A stretch of 64,000 bases of DNA, from contig CAVVEC010000002.1 of assembly GCA_963747105.1 (NCBI GenBank), positions 219,438 through 283,437 on the forward strand. Reading direction: 5' to 3'. This document shows positions 1-8,696 of the stretch, piece by piece. Within the stretch, counting starts at the first letter, position 1; each line of letters opens with the position of its first letter. This stretch comes from an uncultured Acidobacteriota bacterium. Its GTDB lineage: Bacteria; Acidobacteriota; Terriglobia; Terriglobales; Acidobacteriaceae. The notes under the pieces are model-generated. The model worked only from the letters and a program-made list of their open reading frames with translations. It did not search any database and was not told the origin of the DNA. Position numbers and translations under genes: made by a program.

Positions 1-484
1 ACTGCGTTCCTTTCTTCTTGTATTCGTCCAGAACGCGTCCATCTTCTCTGCCGTCAGGTTCTCGTGGAAGTCGTAGTTCACCTGCGACCGCCGGAGCCCA
101 GCTGCAGGCGCCGATGCATTCGACTTCTTCCAGCGAAAACAGGCCGTCCGGCGGTGGTTCCCTTGTGCCCGATGCCCAGTTTCTTCTTGCAGTGATCCAG
201 GATTTCTTCGCCGCCGCGCAGCAGGCACGCGATATTGGTGCAAACCTGCACGTTGTATTTGCCGCGAGGCTTGGTGGTCAGCATGGAGTAGTAGCTGATC
301 ACGTTGCGGACTTCGAGTTCGGTCAGATCCGAGGCGCGCGGCAAGCTCCGCGATCACTTCGTCGCTCAGATAGCCGACTTCATCCTGCGCATAGAGCAGA
401 GTGGGCACCAGCACAGACCGTTTCGTCGGATAATGCGTCAGCATCTCCGTGAAGCGCTGACTCGAATTGATCTGAGAATTTCAT
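1..484 (-). pseudogene. nuoE: NADH-quinone oxidoreductase subunit E (NuoE, 24-kDa 2Fe-2S subunit); 3-prime end runs off the window; reading frame broken several times
   Basis: Minus-strand translation from the ATG at 484 gives colinear NuoE sequence in alternating frames. The segments are MKFSDQFESALH, then EMLTHYPTKRSVLVPTLLYAQDEVGYLSDEVIAELAARL, DLTELEVRNVISYYSMLTTKPRGKYNVQVCTNIACLLRGGEEILDHCKKKLGIGHKG, PDGLFSLEEVECIGACSWAPAV and QVNYDFHENLTAEKMDAF. The CTNIAC...CIGAC cysteine pattern is NuoE-like. The gene lies directly downstream of nuoD. Confidence 0.85.
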
Positions 485-556
485 CACGTCTGTGTCATCC
501 TCCGTACTCGTTCGTGCTTCCATGCTTTCCGAGTGCTGAAGCGCTGCGCTAGTTGG

Positions 557-636
557 GTCATCCTCCGCGATTCATCTGACTCTCAATGCCACCCAGGGCT
601 TACGCCCTGGGCTAAGCTCGTTCGCCCCTGCGGGGC
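557..636. repeat. GC-rich intergenic hairpin element starting with GTCATCCT (same 5-prime motif as the other intergenic repeats in this window)
   Basis: GTCATCCT lies at 557-564. A perfect hairpin CCCAGGGC-ttac-GCCCTGGG lies at 592-611. A second hairpin GCCCC-tgc-GGGGC lies at 624-636. The element sits between nuoD and nuoE. Confidence 0.4.
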
Positions 637-703
637 TTGACTTCTGTTCCCTCTGGCAAAACGACTAATGCCTAACGACCAACGACTAACGACCAACGGC
701 GTT

Positions 704-1912
704 TTACCGGTCGATTTCCCCCAGCACGATATCGATGCTCCCAATCGCCGCCACCACATCGGCAATCAACTGTCCTTCGCACATTTTCGGCAACAATTGC
801 AGATTGGCCAGACAAGCCGAGCGCATGTGCACCCGATAGGGCTTCGCCGTTCCGTCACTGACCACGTAATAGCCCATCTCGCCGCGCGGCGACTCCACCG
901 CCTGGTAAACCTCGCCCGCCGGCACCGCAAAACCCTCGGTAATGATCTTAAAGTGATAGATGAGGGCTTCCATCTGCGTCTTCATCTTCTCGCGGTCGGG
1001 CAGCACCACCTTGGGCGCGTCGGCTTTGATCGGGCCTTCGGGCATGCCGTCCAGCGCCTGTTGCACGATGCCGATCGATTCGCGAAGCTCCTGCACCCGG
1101 CATAGATAGCGGGCAAAAACATCACCTTCCTGGCGAACCGGCACTTTGAACTTGAAGTTCTCGTAGCCGGAGTACGGCATGTCGCGGCGCAGGTCGAAAT
1201 CGACGCCGCTGCCGCGCAGCGTAGGTCCGCTCGCTCCCAGCGCGATGGCATCTTCGGCCAGTAATCCGCGCCACGCCCTTAGTCCGCATCATCCAGATCG
1301 GATTGCCGGTCAGCAGGTTTTCGTACTCATCCACCTTGGAAGGGAAGCGGTTGGCGAAATCCCGCACTCGATCAAAGAAATCCCAGCGGCGGCTCCAGCG
1401 CCACTCCGCCGATGCGGAAGTAGGAGGTCATCATGCGCTGCCCACTGACCGCCTCAAACAGCCGCAGAATGTCTTCGCGCTCCCGGAAGCAATACAGAAA
1501 CACGGTCAGCGCGCCGATATCCATGGCGTGCGTGCCCAGCCAGACCAGATGCGAGTTGATGCGGGTCAGCTCGTTCATCAGAACTCGCAACCACTGCGCC
1601 TTCGGAGGAATCTCCAGCCCAAGCAGCTTCTCCACCGCCAGCGCATAGCAGAGATTGTTGGTCATCGGGCAGAGATAGTCGATGCGGTCGGTCAGCGGCA
1701 CCACCTGCTGATAGAACTTGGCTTCGCAGGTTTTCTCGATGCCGGTGTGCAGATAGCCGATATCCGGCATGATGCGCACCACGGTCTCGCCGTCGATTTC
1801 CAGGAGCACGCGCAACACGCCGTGAGTCGACGGGATGCTGCGGCCCCATGTTCAGGATCATGGTGCGGTCCTGACCGGCTTCAAGCACGGGAGTGGGTGT
1901 GAGGTGGGCCAT
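704..1912 (-). pseudogene. nuoD: NADH-quinone oxidoreductase subunit D (NuoD) with three single-nt frame changes (near 1830, 1370 and 1253)
   Basis: Four colinear NuoD segments lie in three frames: MAHLTPTPVLEAGQDRTMILNMGPQHP / LRVLLEIDGETVVRIMPDIGYLHTGIEKTCEAK...MTSYFRIGGVALEPP / DRVRDFANRFPSKVDEYENLLTGNPIWMMRTKGV / AEDAIALGASGPTLRGSGVDFDLRRDMPYSGYENFKF...SIDIVLGEIDR. The first and last segments share a frame (span is 1209 nt = 403 codons). Confidence 0.9.
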
Positions 1913-1919
1913 AGAGAAT

Positions 1920-2418
1920 CTAGCGGTAGCCCTCCACCGGATAGTCTTTCCGCAGCGGGTGGCCTTCCCAGTCCTCCGGCATCTGAATGCGCCGCAAGTA
2001 GGGGTGCCCGGTGAAGCGGATGCCGAACAGATCGAAGACTTCGCGCTCGAAAAAGTTGGCGGCCGGCCAAACCGAGGTGACCGACTCCACCGCCGGACTG
2101 TCGCCCCCGAGCCGTACCTTCAGCCGCACACGCTCTTTCTGCGGAATGGAGAGCAGATGGTAGATCACCTCAAAGCGCGGCTCGGAAGGATACCAATCCA
2201 CGCAGGTCACATCAGAAAGATAGTTGAACGGGCAATCGGCATCGTCCCGCAGCAGGGCGCAAGCTTCGCGGAGGAAGGAGCGTTCGATGTAAATGCTCAT
2301 CTCGTCGCGATCAAACTTCGCTCCCTCGACCGCCGCCGGGTTCCACCCCCGCAGCCGCGCGATCGCGGGATGCTCTTTCAGTTGCTCGAGGTCGGTAATG
2401 GCAGGGAGCGAGCGGCAT
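1920..2418 (-). pseudogene. nuoC: NADH-quinone oxidoreductase subunit C (NuoC), one frame change close to the 5-prime end
   Basis: The ORF reads ...LPAITDLEQLKEHPAIARLRGWNPAAVEGAKFDRDEMSIYIERSFLREACALLRDDADCPFNYLSDVTCVDWYP...FGIRFTGHPYLRRIQMPEDWEGHPLRKDYPVEGYR. The likely ATG (2418-2416, MPLAP) is one frame off, and the span of 499 nt is not a multiple of 3. Confidence 0.85.
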
Positions 2419-2814
2419 CAGACCTCGCCCCTTCCGGCCGATGGCAGTGCCCCAATCCAGCACGCCCTTTTTCCAGATATAGAAAAAGCCCACCAGAACG
2501 ATGCCGATGTACACCAGCATCTCCCAGAAACCAAACATCTTGAGCTGGCGCAGGATCACCGCCCAGGGATAGAGGAAGACCGCTTCCACGTCGAACAGAA
2601 TGAAGAGCATGGCCACCAGGTAGAACTTTACGGAGAAGCGCTCGCGGGCGTCTCCTACTGGCGTCATTCCGCATTCATAAGGGGAAAGCTTGGCGCGGGT
2701 GGGCGTGCGATAGCCCACCAGCCAGGAGAGCAGCACGATGGCCGTGGCCAAAGCTCCTGCTACCATGAAATGAATCAATAAAGGCAGGTAACGGGCGAAG
2801 TAATTGTCCGGCAT
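2418..2814 (-). CDS. nuoA: NADH-quinone oxidoreductase subunit A (NuoA); native stop probably the TGA at 2420-2418 that overlaps the nuoC ATG (TGATG), reached only after a 1-nt frame change near the 3-prime end
   Basis: MPDNYFARYLPLLIHFMVAGALATAIVLLSWLVGYRTPTRAKLSPYECGMTPVGDARERFSVKFYLVAMLFILFDVEAVFLYPWAVILRQL...FYIWKKGVLDWG is a typical three-TM NuoA. The listed ORF instead reads through into nuoC, to 2311. Confidence 0.85.
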
Positions 2815-2936
2815 AGAGGAGCTATATATAATTCGCAGCCAAGCATTACTTAAACATTCTAGAGTAGATTTCGCCGCTGGGAGTGTCAAGCGAGGGGATG
2901 GTTCGTGGAGTCAGTTTTGATCTTGTTTTGAAGGGC

Positions 2937-2990
2937 GTCATCCCGAAGCTCCGCGCTTTCACCAGCGGAGAGAGGGATCTGGCGCGGAGT
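2937..2990. repeat. Intergenic hairpin repeat (GTCATCCCGA...AGGGATCT family)
   Basis: The sequence is gtcatcccgaagCTCCGCgctttcaccaGCGGAGagagggatct. It shares the GTCATCC 5-prime end and the AGGxATC 3-prime end with the copies at 3998-4067, 5131-5186 and 5283-5342. Confidence 0.5.
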
Positions 2991-3061
2991 ATTTCGAAAC
3001 TAAGCAATGGATCGCGTTTCATAGTTTCTTAACATACATTCGCCCCTCTGGCCGATCGTGA

Positions 3062-3657
3062 GTGAAACGCATGATTTTTGGCTTCAATACCGACGTGAAG
3101 CACGAGGACACGATTTACCACGTGCAGAGCGAAGCCCGGGAGAACGAATTGCTGCTGCAGACCCAGGTTTTTGTCCGCGGACGCTGCATCGGCAAGCGCG
3201 CCACTCCATACGCGGATAAAGCCGCCGAGAGCGGGTTCACCGATCAGCAAAAGGAACAGGTTTTGCGCGACCAGCATCGCCTGGTGCTGGATTCGATCCG
3301 GGACGGGCGTCTGGCCGCCGTTCTGGACAAGCGCGACACTCCGGAATCGCTGGCCGCCATCAAGGAACTGGACGTGCACTGGCTGAATGCCGGCTCCGTC
3401 CACTCCGATCGGCGACTGGTACTGCGTTTGCGGGTCACCGACGGGGAAGCAGGCGCCGAGGGGGCGCGCCTTACCGTTCGTTTTGCCCGTCCCGATGCCG
3501 CTCCCTTCTACACCAGGTGGCACGGCTCGGACGGTGATGCCGAAATGAAGATTGATGTGGACGAATCGTTCTGCCCGATGCTGCCATTCTGGTGCAGGCA
3601 AGTTACTCGGGCCGCACCGCCACCCGCAAATTCCAGTTGCGCAAAGTGGAAGCGTGA
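3062..3657 (+). CDS. Conserved hypothetical protein; probable 1-nt frame change near 3560
   Basis: The ORF runs MIFGFNTDVKHEDTIYHVQSEARENELLLQTQVFVRGRCIGKR...AEMKIDVDE. A much more protein-like tail, IVLPDAAILVQASYSGRTATRKFQLRKVEA-stop (stop at 3655-3657), follows in the neighbouring frame. I recognise no domain. Confidence 0.55.
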
Positions 3658-3777
3658 CTGGCAATGACCCCGTAGGGCGGCCCGCCCCCGGCCATCCAGT
3701 AAAATACCTTTGACAGCGTTGGCTGTGATCGCAATTTTAGGACACAAAACTCGACCGACAACGATAGCCCTATTGCC

Positions 3778-3978
3778 ATGAACCTTCAGATCAACGGCGA
3801 AAACCGCGACTTTGATTCCGGGCTGACCCTGGCGGAATTGGTCGAACGCCTGGGCATGAAGCAGGATCGCGTGGCCGTGGAACTGAATCGCAACATCGTT
3901 CCCCGCGAGCGGTGGTCTGAAACGCGCCTTGCGGAAGGTGATCGCTTGGAGATTGTCCACTTCGTTGGCGGTGGCTGA
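3778..3978 (+). CDS. thiS: Sulfur-carrier protein ThiS (thiamine biosynthesis)
   Basis: The 66-aa product is MNLQINGENRDFDSGLTLAELVERLGMKQDRVAVELNRNIVPRERWSETRLAEGDRLEIVHFVGGG. Size, the ubiquitin-like pattern and the C-terminal GG are diagnostic. A TTGACA hexamer lies at 3713-3718 upstream. Confidence 0.9.
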   Translation: MNLQINGENRDFDSGLTLAELVERLGMKQDRVAVELNRNIVPRERWSETRLAEGDRLEIVHFVGGG

Positions 3979-3997
3979 GCGTTCCGCCCGTATTCCT

Positions 3998-4067
3998 GTC
4001 CATCCCGACCGAAGCGAAGCGCAGTGGAGAGCCTGCCCTGAGCGAGCGTAGCGAGTCGAACGGGGAC
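3998..4067. repeat. Two adjacent copies of the intergenic CC(C/T)GA(G/C)CGA...AGTxGAxxGG hairpin repeat
   Basis: The two units are gtccatcccgaccgaagcgaagcgcagtggagagcc and tgccctgagcgagcgtagcgagtcgaacggggacc. The second unit shares CCTGAGCGA and AGTCGAAxGG with 5131-5186. Confidence 0.5.
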
Positions 4068-4190
4068 CTGCTTTTGGGGCAGGCGCGCCACCCAAACGCA
4101 GACTTATGTCACGCACTCCGCCCTCGCATGCTGAGCCCGCCCGCCCCCACGGGAACTCCTCTAGTCACCCCTGGCTCACGATATCCACAG

Positions 4191-4253
4191 TTGACACCGG
4201 CCTGCCCATGCCTAGAATGTTTCAAACATTTCGTTCTCTAATTGTTTGAAACA
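4191..4253 (+). promoter_or_regulatory. Sigma-70-like promoter followed by two copies of the palindrome TGTTT-N-AAACA (putative MerR-type operators)
   Basis: TTGACA (4191-4196), a 16-nt spacer and TAGAAT (4213-4218) form the promoter. TGTTTCAAACA lies at 4218-4228 and TGTTTGAAACA at 4243-4253. The centres are 25 bp apart, immediately upstream of or overlapping the start of the MerR-family gene. Confidence 0.6.
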
Positions 4254-4255
4254 TT

Positions 4256-4750
4256 TTGCGCGCCAAAGTGCAAGGTCCATTTACATCTCGCGACGTAGTC
4301 TCGCTGACCGGGATCACGCCCCGCCAGTTGCAATGGTGGGACGAGCGGGGAATCGTGGTTCCGGACCGCGATGGCCACCGAAGGCTGTACTCGATGGAGG
4401 ATCTCGCGGAAGTGGCCGTGATCTGCGAGTTGCGGCGGCGGGGATTCTCCTTGCAGCGTGTGCGCAAGGTCATGCGCTTCCTGCAGCGCGAGTTCGGCAA
4501 ACGCCTGGCCCACACCGTCAGCGGCGCCTCCGAGTATCACCTACTCACCGACGGCAGCACTCTATATCTGGAGACTTCGCCCCGTCAGATTGTGGACATC
4601 CTGAAGAACGCGCGCCAGCCGATGCTGGGCATTTGCCTCAGCGACGCCGTACGGCAGGTGCGAGCAGTGATCCGCGCGAAGAAAAGCAGCGCTTCGACCG
4701 GAACTCCGGCCTTGACTCGTTCGGGACGCAAAGTAAAACAGGCTTCATAA
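4256..4750 (+). CDS. MerR-family HTH transcriptional regulator
   Basis: FTSRDVVSLTGITPRQLQWWDERGIVVPDRDGHRRLYSMEDLAEVAVICELRRRGFSLQRVRKVM is a canonical MerR N-terminal HTH plus wing. The start is uncertain (TTG at 4256 or GTG at 4268). Confidence 0.85.
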   Translation: MRAKVQGPFTSRDVVSLTGITPRQLQWWDERGIVVPDRDGHRRLYSMEDLAEVAVICELRRRGFSLQRVRKVMRFLQREFGKRLAHTVSGASEYHLLTDGSTLYLETSPRQIVDILKNARQPMLGICLSDAVRQVRAVIRAKKSSASTGTPALTRSGRKVKQAS

Positions 4751-4795
4751 GCAGGGAAGTTTGGTTCCTCGTGGGGTAGCCTTGAAGGAGGCGAG

Positions 4796-5059
4796 ATGGT
4801 TGGAGAACTGGACCTCTTGAGCGAATGGATCCCGGAGCAGATGCTCCCCGGCACGATCTTTGTGCTGGAGAATGCCGGCCGTGTTGGAGAAAAAGACGAC
4901 CCCTACTGGGCCGTGCTGTCCTGCCCTGAATGCGGCACCCTCGGCCTGATCACGCGCAAGCAACTCGCCGGCTTGCTGCCGGTCATCTGCGGCTCCGATC
5001 AGTGCGCCGCGCAGTTTTTCATCCACGATAGCGAGGTCGTGATTCGGAAACCGTTCTGA
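4796..5059 (+). CDS. Small hypothetical protein with a zinc-ribbon-like CPEC...C-x5-C motif
   Basis: 87-aa ORF containing LSCPECGTLGLITRKQLAGLLPVICGSDQCAAQF. GGAGG lies upstream of the ATG (aaggaggcgagATG). Confidence 0.55.
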   Translation: MVGELDLLSEWIPEQMLPGTIFVLENAGRVGEKDDPYWAVLSCPECGTLGLITRKQLAGLLPVICGSDQCAAQFFIHDSEVVIRKPF

Positions 5060-5130
5060 ACGTGTCATCTCGACCGGAGCTTACGTAGCGCGTGGGCCAG
5101 GACGCCTCCAAGATTCTGTCAGCAAGATCT

Positions 5131-5342
5131 GTCATCCTGAGCGAAGTTGACGTGCGCTTCGCGCACGTCAACACAGTCGAAGGACCCCGAAGCTCTGAAC
5201 CTTGGCAACGGCGCTGTAGGGAATTTCCACCTGGCAGGCTCGTGAAAACGCCGTGCCACATTCATCTTGGCCCGCGCAGCTAGGGATCCTTCGACTCCGC
5301 GTTGCTTCGCTTCGCGAAGCTGCCGCTCCGCTCAGGATGACC
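5131..5342. repeat. MITE-like composite: two inverted copies of the GTCATCCTGAGCG...GTCGAAGGAxCC hairpin repeat flanking 96 bp
   Basis: The left copy (5131-5186) contains a perfect 12-bp stem, GTTGACGTGCGC-ttc-GCGCACGTCAAC. The right copy (5283-5342) is its reverse orientation, GGGATCCTTCGAC...CGCTCAGGATGACC, with stem GCTTCGC-ttc-GCGAAGC. The outer ends are inverted GTCATCCTGAGCG. Confidence 0.6.
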
Positions 5343-5370
5343 TGATGAGTGGGTTTGTACCCTGAGGACG

Positions 5371-6542
5371 CTAGCTCTTCCCTGCCTTGACCCTATCCAG
5401 CGCCACCGGCACCTGCTCCACAATCTCGATGTCGAATCCTTCCAGCGCCGGCACTTTTCGCGGATGGTTGGTAAGCAGGCGAATGCGCCGCAGATTTAAA
5501 TCGGAAAGAATCTGTGCTCCGATGCCGATCTCACGTTGCGTCTTGCGCTCGCTCTCGGGCAGCGCAGGCAGACGCTTGTCGCGGTGAAAGGTCAGCGCGC
5601 TCCGCTCGCCGATGCTCTCCACCGAAAAGCCTTTCGACGTCTGATGCAAATAGATCAGCGCGCCCCGGCCTTCGCGCGCAATTGCCTGCATCGAGCCTTC
5701 AATGGTGGCGTGGCAATCGCAGGCCGTCGAGCCAAACACATCGCCCATCACGCAGTGCGAGTGCATGCGGACCAGCACCGGCTCGTTTCCGCTTTCGAGG
5801 TCGCCGCGAACCAGCGCCACGTGCGACTCCCCGCCATCGCACCTCGCTCTCATAGGCGATCAGGCGGAACTCCCCGTAACGGGTTCCAATGATCGCCTCG
5901 CCCACCCGGTGCACGTAGCACTCGTGCTGCATGCGGTAGCGGATGAGTTCGGCCACGGTCAGCATCTTCAGGCTGTGCGTCTGGCAGAATTCGATCAGGT
6001 CGGGCACACGGGCCATGGTGCCGTCATCGCGCATGATTTCGCAGATCACTCCCGCCGGAATCAGCCCCGCCAGGCGCGCCAGATCTACCGAAGCTTCCGT
6101 CTGGCCGGCGCGGACCAGCACGCCACCTTTGCGGGCCTGCAGCGGGAAAACATGCCCCGGGCGCGCCAGATCGGGAGGCCGCGTGGCGGGATCAATCGCC
6201 ACCTTGATCGTGCGGGCGCGATCGTAAGCGGAGATGCCGGTCGTCACGCCGTCGCGTGCGTCAATAGCCTCGCAAAAGGCGGTACCGTAGTTCGAGGTAT
6301 TCTCGGCGGTCATCGGGCCGATGCGCAGGTGATCCAACCGCTCTTCGGTCATCGCCAGGCAGACGAGCCCGCGGCCATACTTGGCCATAAAGTTAATGGC
6401 TTCGGGCGTAACTTTTTCTGCGGCGAGGGTCAGATCGCCCTCGTTCTCGCGATCCTCATCGTCCACCACCACAACCATGCGGCCGGCGCGGATTTCGTCA
6501 ATCGCGGCCGGGAACGTCGGTAAATGCCGAATTCGGGGCCAT
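5371..6542 (-). CDS. ribBA: Bifunctional 3,4-dihydroxy-2-butanone-4-phosphate synthase / GTP cyclohydrolase II (RibBA); two frame changes (near 5850 and 6510)
   Basis: The RibB half reads [53 protein letters not shown]...[17 protein letters not shown]. The RibA half reads [41 protein letters not shown]...[24 protein letters not shown]. The ATG at 6542 (MAPNSAF) and the two halves lie in different frames. Confidence 0.9.
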
Positions 6543-6632
6543 GATTGGCGATTGTAGCAGAGGGTCTTGGCAGGATTTGTCCCGGGACTGTCAACCTATG
6601 CGCCGGGATAATCAAGCGAAGAGAAGGCCCCC

Positions 6633-6662
6633 AAAAGCAAAAGGCCGTCGCGCGACGGCCTT
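6633..6662 (-). terminator. Rho-independent terminator downstream of the 6681-6908 gene
   Basis: The minus strand reads AAGGCCGTCGcgCGACGGCCTT followed by TTGCTTTTGG, a GC-rich stem plus T-tract 20 nt after the stop codon. Confidence 0.7.
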
Positions 6663-6680
6663 GCTTCCGATCAACTCTGG

Positions 6681-6908
6681 TTAGAGAGTAGATTCGATCT
6701 CGAATCCCCAAGCCTCAAGCAGGGGTTCCGGAATGTACTTCGAATTCTTGTTGCGCCGGGCCCACTCCCGCAGCCGGGTCGAACGCAGGTACTGGTCTGG
6801 GGAGAGCTTGTACTCGCGCACCACTTGCTCGAACTCCGTAATGGTCGGGGTAATGGGGCCAATGGGCTCCGGCTTGCCCCAGTTGGGATTTCCGCGTCGT
6901 TTAGCCAT
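6681..6908 (-). CDS. Small conserved hypothetical protein (75 aa, basic N-terminus)
   Basis: MAKRRGNPNWGKPEPIGPITPTITEFEQVVREYKLSPDQYLRSTRLREWARRNKNSKYIPEPLLEAWGFEIESTL. It is a clean ORF followed by a terminator. I recognise no family. Confidence 0.6.
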   Translation of the reverse strand: MAKRRGNPNWGKPEPIGPITPTITEFEQVVREYKLSPDQYLRSTRLREWARRNKNSKYIPEPLLEAWGFEIESTL

Positions 6909-7304
6909 AGAGAATAACGTCCTCGTCTTGCGATCAATTTACCGGTAAAAAGTTAGATTCGTTTCGTCCCGCCAGGGATTCACAGCTCACCGTCGACCCT
7001 AACAATAAGCAAGGTCCATGCATCTTACTCGTTCTAGCTAGCTGGAAGTCGATGATTCTATGGGTGTTTGAAGAGAATGTCAACAGAAATCTGATCTTGA
7101 GATGAAGTTCGTTCACCTAAGCGTATGAAAAAAAAGCATTTGTTCGCGTGGATGGCTCACTTAGCGCCCCGTGGGGCTTCAGAAGCTCCCGGAACCGGAA
7201 AACTGCCCTTTCCGGAGCGGTCAGAAGGTTACGGCAGTAATCCGGTCTAACCCCAACTCATTGACCTGCTTGGGAGTAGAACCCTACATTGCCTTAAGGA
7301 GGCA

Positions 7305-7469
7305 ATGGTGAAGGACATCTATGAAGTGCTTCGCAGGAAGCAGGCCGAGCAAGCCCAGTTGGGCAAGCAAATTGAAGCCCTGCAGACCGCTGCTGAACAA
7401 CTGCGCAATGTGGCTCATTTGTTGAACGAAGAAGAGATCGACAGGGAATCGGCCGCCATTGGTAGCTGA
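7305..7469 (+). CDS. 54-aa coiled-coil-like small protein (below the ORF-track size cut-off)
   Basis: An AAGGAGG Shine-Dalgarno precedes the ATG at 7305. The product is MVKDIYEVLRRKQAEQAQLGKQIEALQTAAEQLRNVAHLLNEEEIDRESAAIGS. A TTGACC-18 nt-TACATT promoter-like sequence lies just upstream. The ORF ends 24 nt before the REC-PilZ gene. Confidence 0.5.
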   Translation: MVKDIYEVLRRKQAEQAQLGKQIEALQTAAEQLRNVAHLLNEEEIDRESAAIGS

Positions 7470-7493
7470 GCCTGCCTGGTGGAGTAAGTTGAA

Positions 7494-8696
7494 ATGAGCC
7501 TGCAATCGCTGGTTCTGTGTTCCGACGAGATGATCATGCGGGTGCTGCGCCGCGTCTTGAGTGATCTTGAGATTAGCGTGGAGCAATGCACCAATGCGGA
7601 TTCTGCGGTCCGCCGGCTGACCCGCCAGAGATTTGAAGCCGTGATCGTGGACTGCAGCGACGAAGACGCCGCCGCCGGCGTGCTCAAGAGTGTCCGCTCG
7701 GCTCCGTGCAACAAACACGCCGTCGCCGTGGCCATTATTGATGGTCAAAAGGCGGTGCGCAGCGCCTTTGCGCTGGGGGCGCATTTCGTCCTCTACAAGC
7801 CCGTGTCTGCGGAACGAGCCCGCACCAGTTTCCGCGCGGCTCGCGCTTTGATGAAGTGCGAACGCCGCCGCAATACGCGGGTCGCCATCGAAATCCCAGT
7901 CCTGCTTAGCCTTGGAAATGGGTCGGGCCAGCAAAAGGCGACCACCTCCGATCTGAGTGAAGGCGGTATGGCTGTTTATCTCGCCCGGCGCGCTCAGAAA
8001 TCCGGTTCCTTTGGGATCAAATTCACTCTGCCTGGGACGGAATGCGTGGTCGAGTGCAAGGGCGAAGTGGCATGGGAGAATGGCGGCTCTCAGATCGGAA
8101 TTCGCTTCGTGGATCTGGCCTCCGAACTCCGTGCTCAGCTCAAAAGCTGGCTGGCGCGGCACTCTCCGGAAATCGAGAAGGAAGATCCGCCGGTTCCCTG
8201 CAGACTGACCGACCTCAGCCTCGGCGGTTGCTATTTGGAGGTGACGACGCCGTTTCCTGCGCATACCCGGGTCGCCCTGACCATGCGGATTGCGGAACTT
8301 CAAGTTCGCGTAGAAGGAGTTGTGCGGGTCATGCACCCGGAGATCGGGATGGGAGTGGAATTCGTCCGGACCACCAGCCAGCAACGCGAGCAGGTGGAAA
8401 AACTGATTCAGGCTCTCATGAACAGCAATGGAGCGTTGCCCGAACTGGTGGTGGAGCCTGAAGGCATGAGTGATCCGCAACCGGCCCAGCCATCTCAGCC
8501 GGTTGCCGACGAAACCGAAGATCCTCTGCTTGACCTCTTCCGGAGAAAGACCGAGTTTACTACCGAAACCTTCCTGAGCGAATTACGCCGCCAACGGGGC
8601 TCCCATCCCAGCCGGCCCAAGCTGCTGTTTCCGCGTAGCGTCGTGTCCCAGACGAGTCGCCCTAGAAGACCTGCCGGGTCAGGTCAAAGCCGATAA
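7494..8696 (+). CDS. Receiver (REC) domain protein with two PilZ domains (c-di-GMP-binding type)
   Basis: The N-terminus is CheY-like (LVLCSDEMIMRVL...AVIVDCSDED...HFVLYKP). The first PilZ carries ERRRNTR...DLSEGGMAV (RxxxR / DxSxxG). The second PilZ-like unit carries CRLTDLSLGGCYLEV. The 3-prime end overlaps the convergent gene by 35 nt, so the exact stop is uncertain. Confidence 0.8.
   Translation: MSLQSLVLCSDEMIMRVLRRVLSDLEISVEQCTNADSAVRRLTRQRFEAVIVDCSDEDAAAGVLKSVRSAPCNKHAVAVAIIDGQKAVRSAFALGAHFVLYKPVSAERARTSFRAARALMKCERRRNTRVAIEIPVLLSLGNGSGQQKATTSDLSEGGMAVYLARRAQKSGSFGIKFTLPGTECVVECKGEVAWENGGSQIGIRFVDLASELRAQLKSWLARHSPEIEKEDPPVPCRLTDLSLGGCYLEVTTPFPAHTRVALTMRIAELQVRVEGVVRVMHPEIGMGVEFVRTTSQQREQVEKLIQALMNSNGALPELVVEPEGMSDPQPAQPSQPVADETEDPLLDLFRRKTEFTTETFLSELRRQRGSHPSRPKLLFPRSVVSQTSRPRRPAGSGQSR

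Noticed and set aside
3660-3777. Looked for a TPP riboswitch upstream of thiS
   Set aside because: The leader is too short after the TTGACA at 3713, and it lacks the CTGAGA / ACCTGATCTGGATAATGCCAGCG-type conserved cores.
6543-6680. Looked for an FMN riboswitch upstream of ribBA, and for a phased-hexamer array (TGTCCC at 6578, TGTCAA at 6589)
   Set aside because: No RFN-element core sequences are visible, and most of the gap is taken by the terminator of the upstream gene. Only two hexamers are present, with poor spacing to the TACAAT at 6556-6551, so the site was not added to the putative regulon.
7284-8480. 398-aa ORF on the minus strand
   Set aside because: It is a shadow ORF antisense to the REC-PilZ gene. 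The composition is R/H/G/A-rich with no recognisable motif, whereas the plus strand has clear domains and an RBS context. The same reasoning applies to the long antisense ORFs over ribBA (5514-6523), the radical SAM genes (e.g. 13900-14610, 18908-19717), the exporter (40748-43717) and others in the track.
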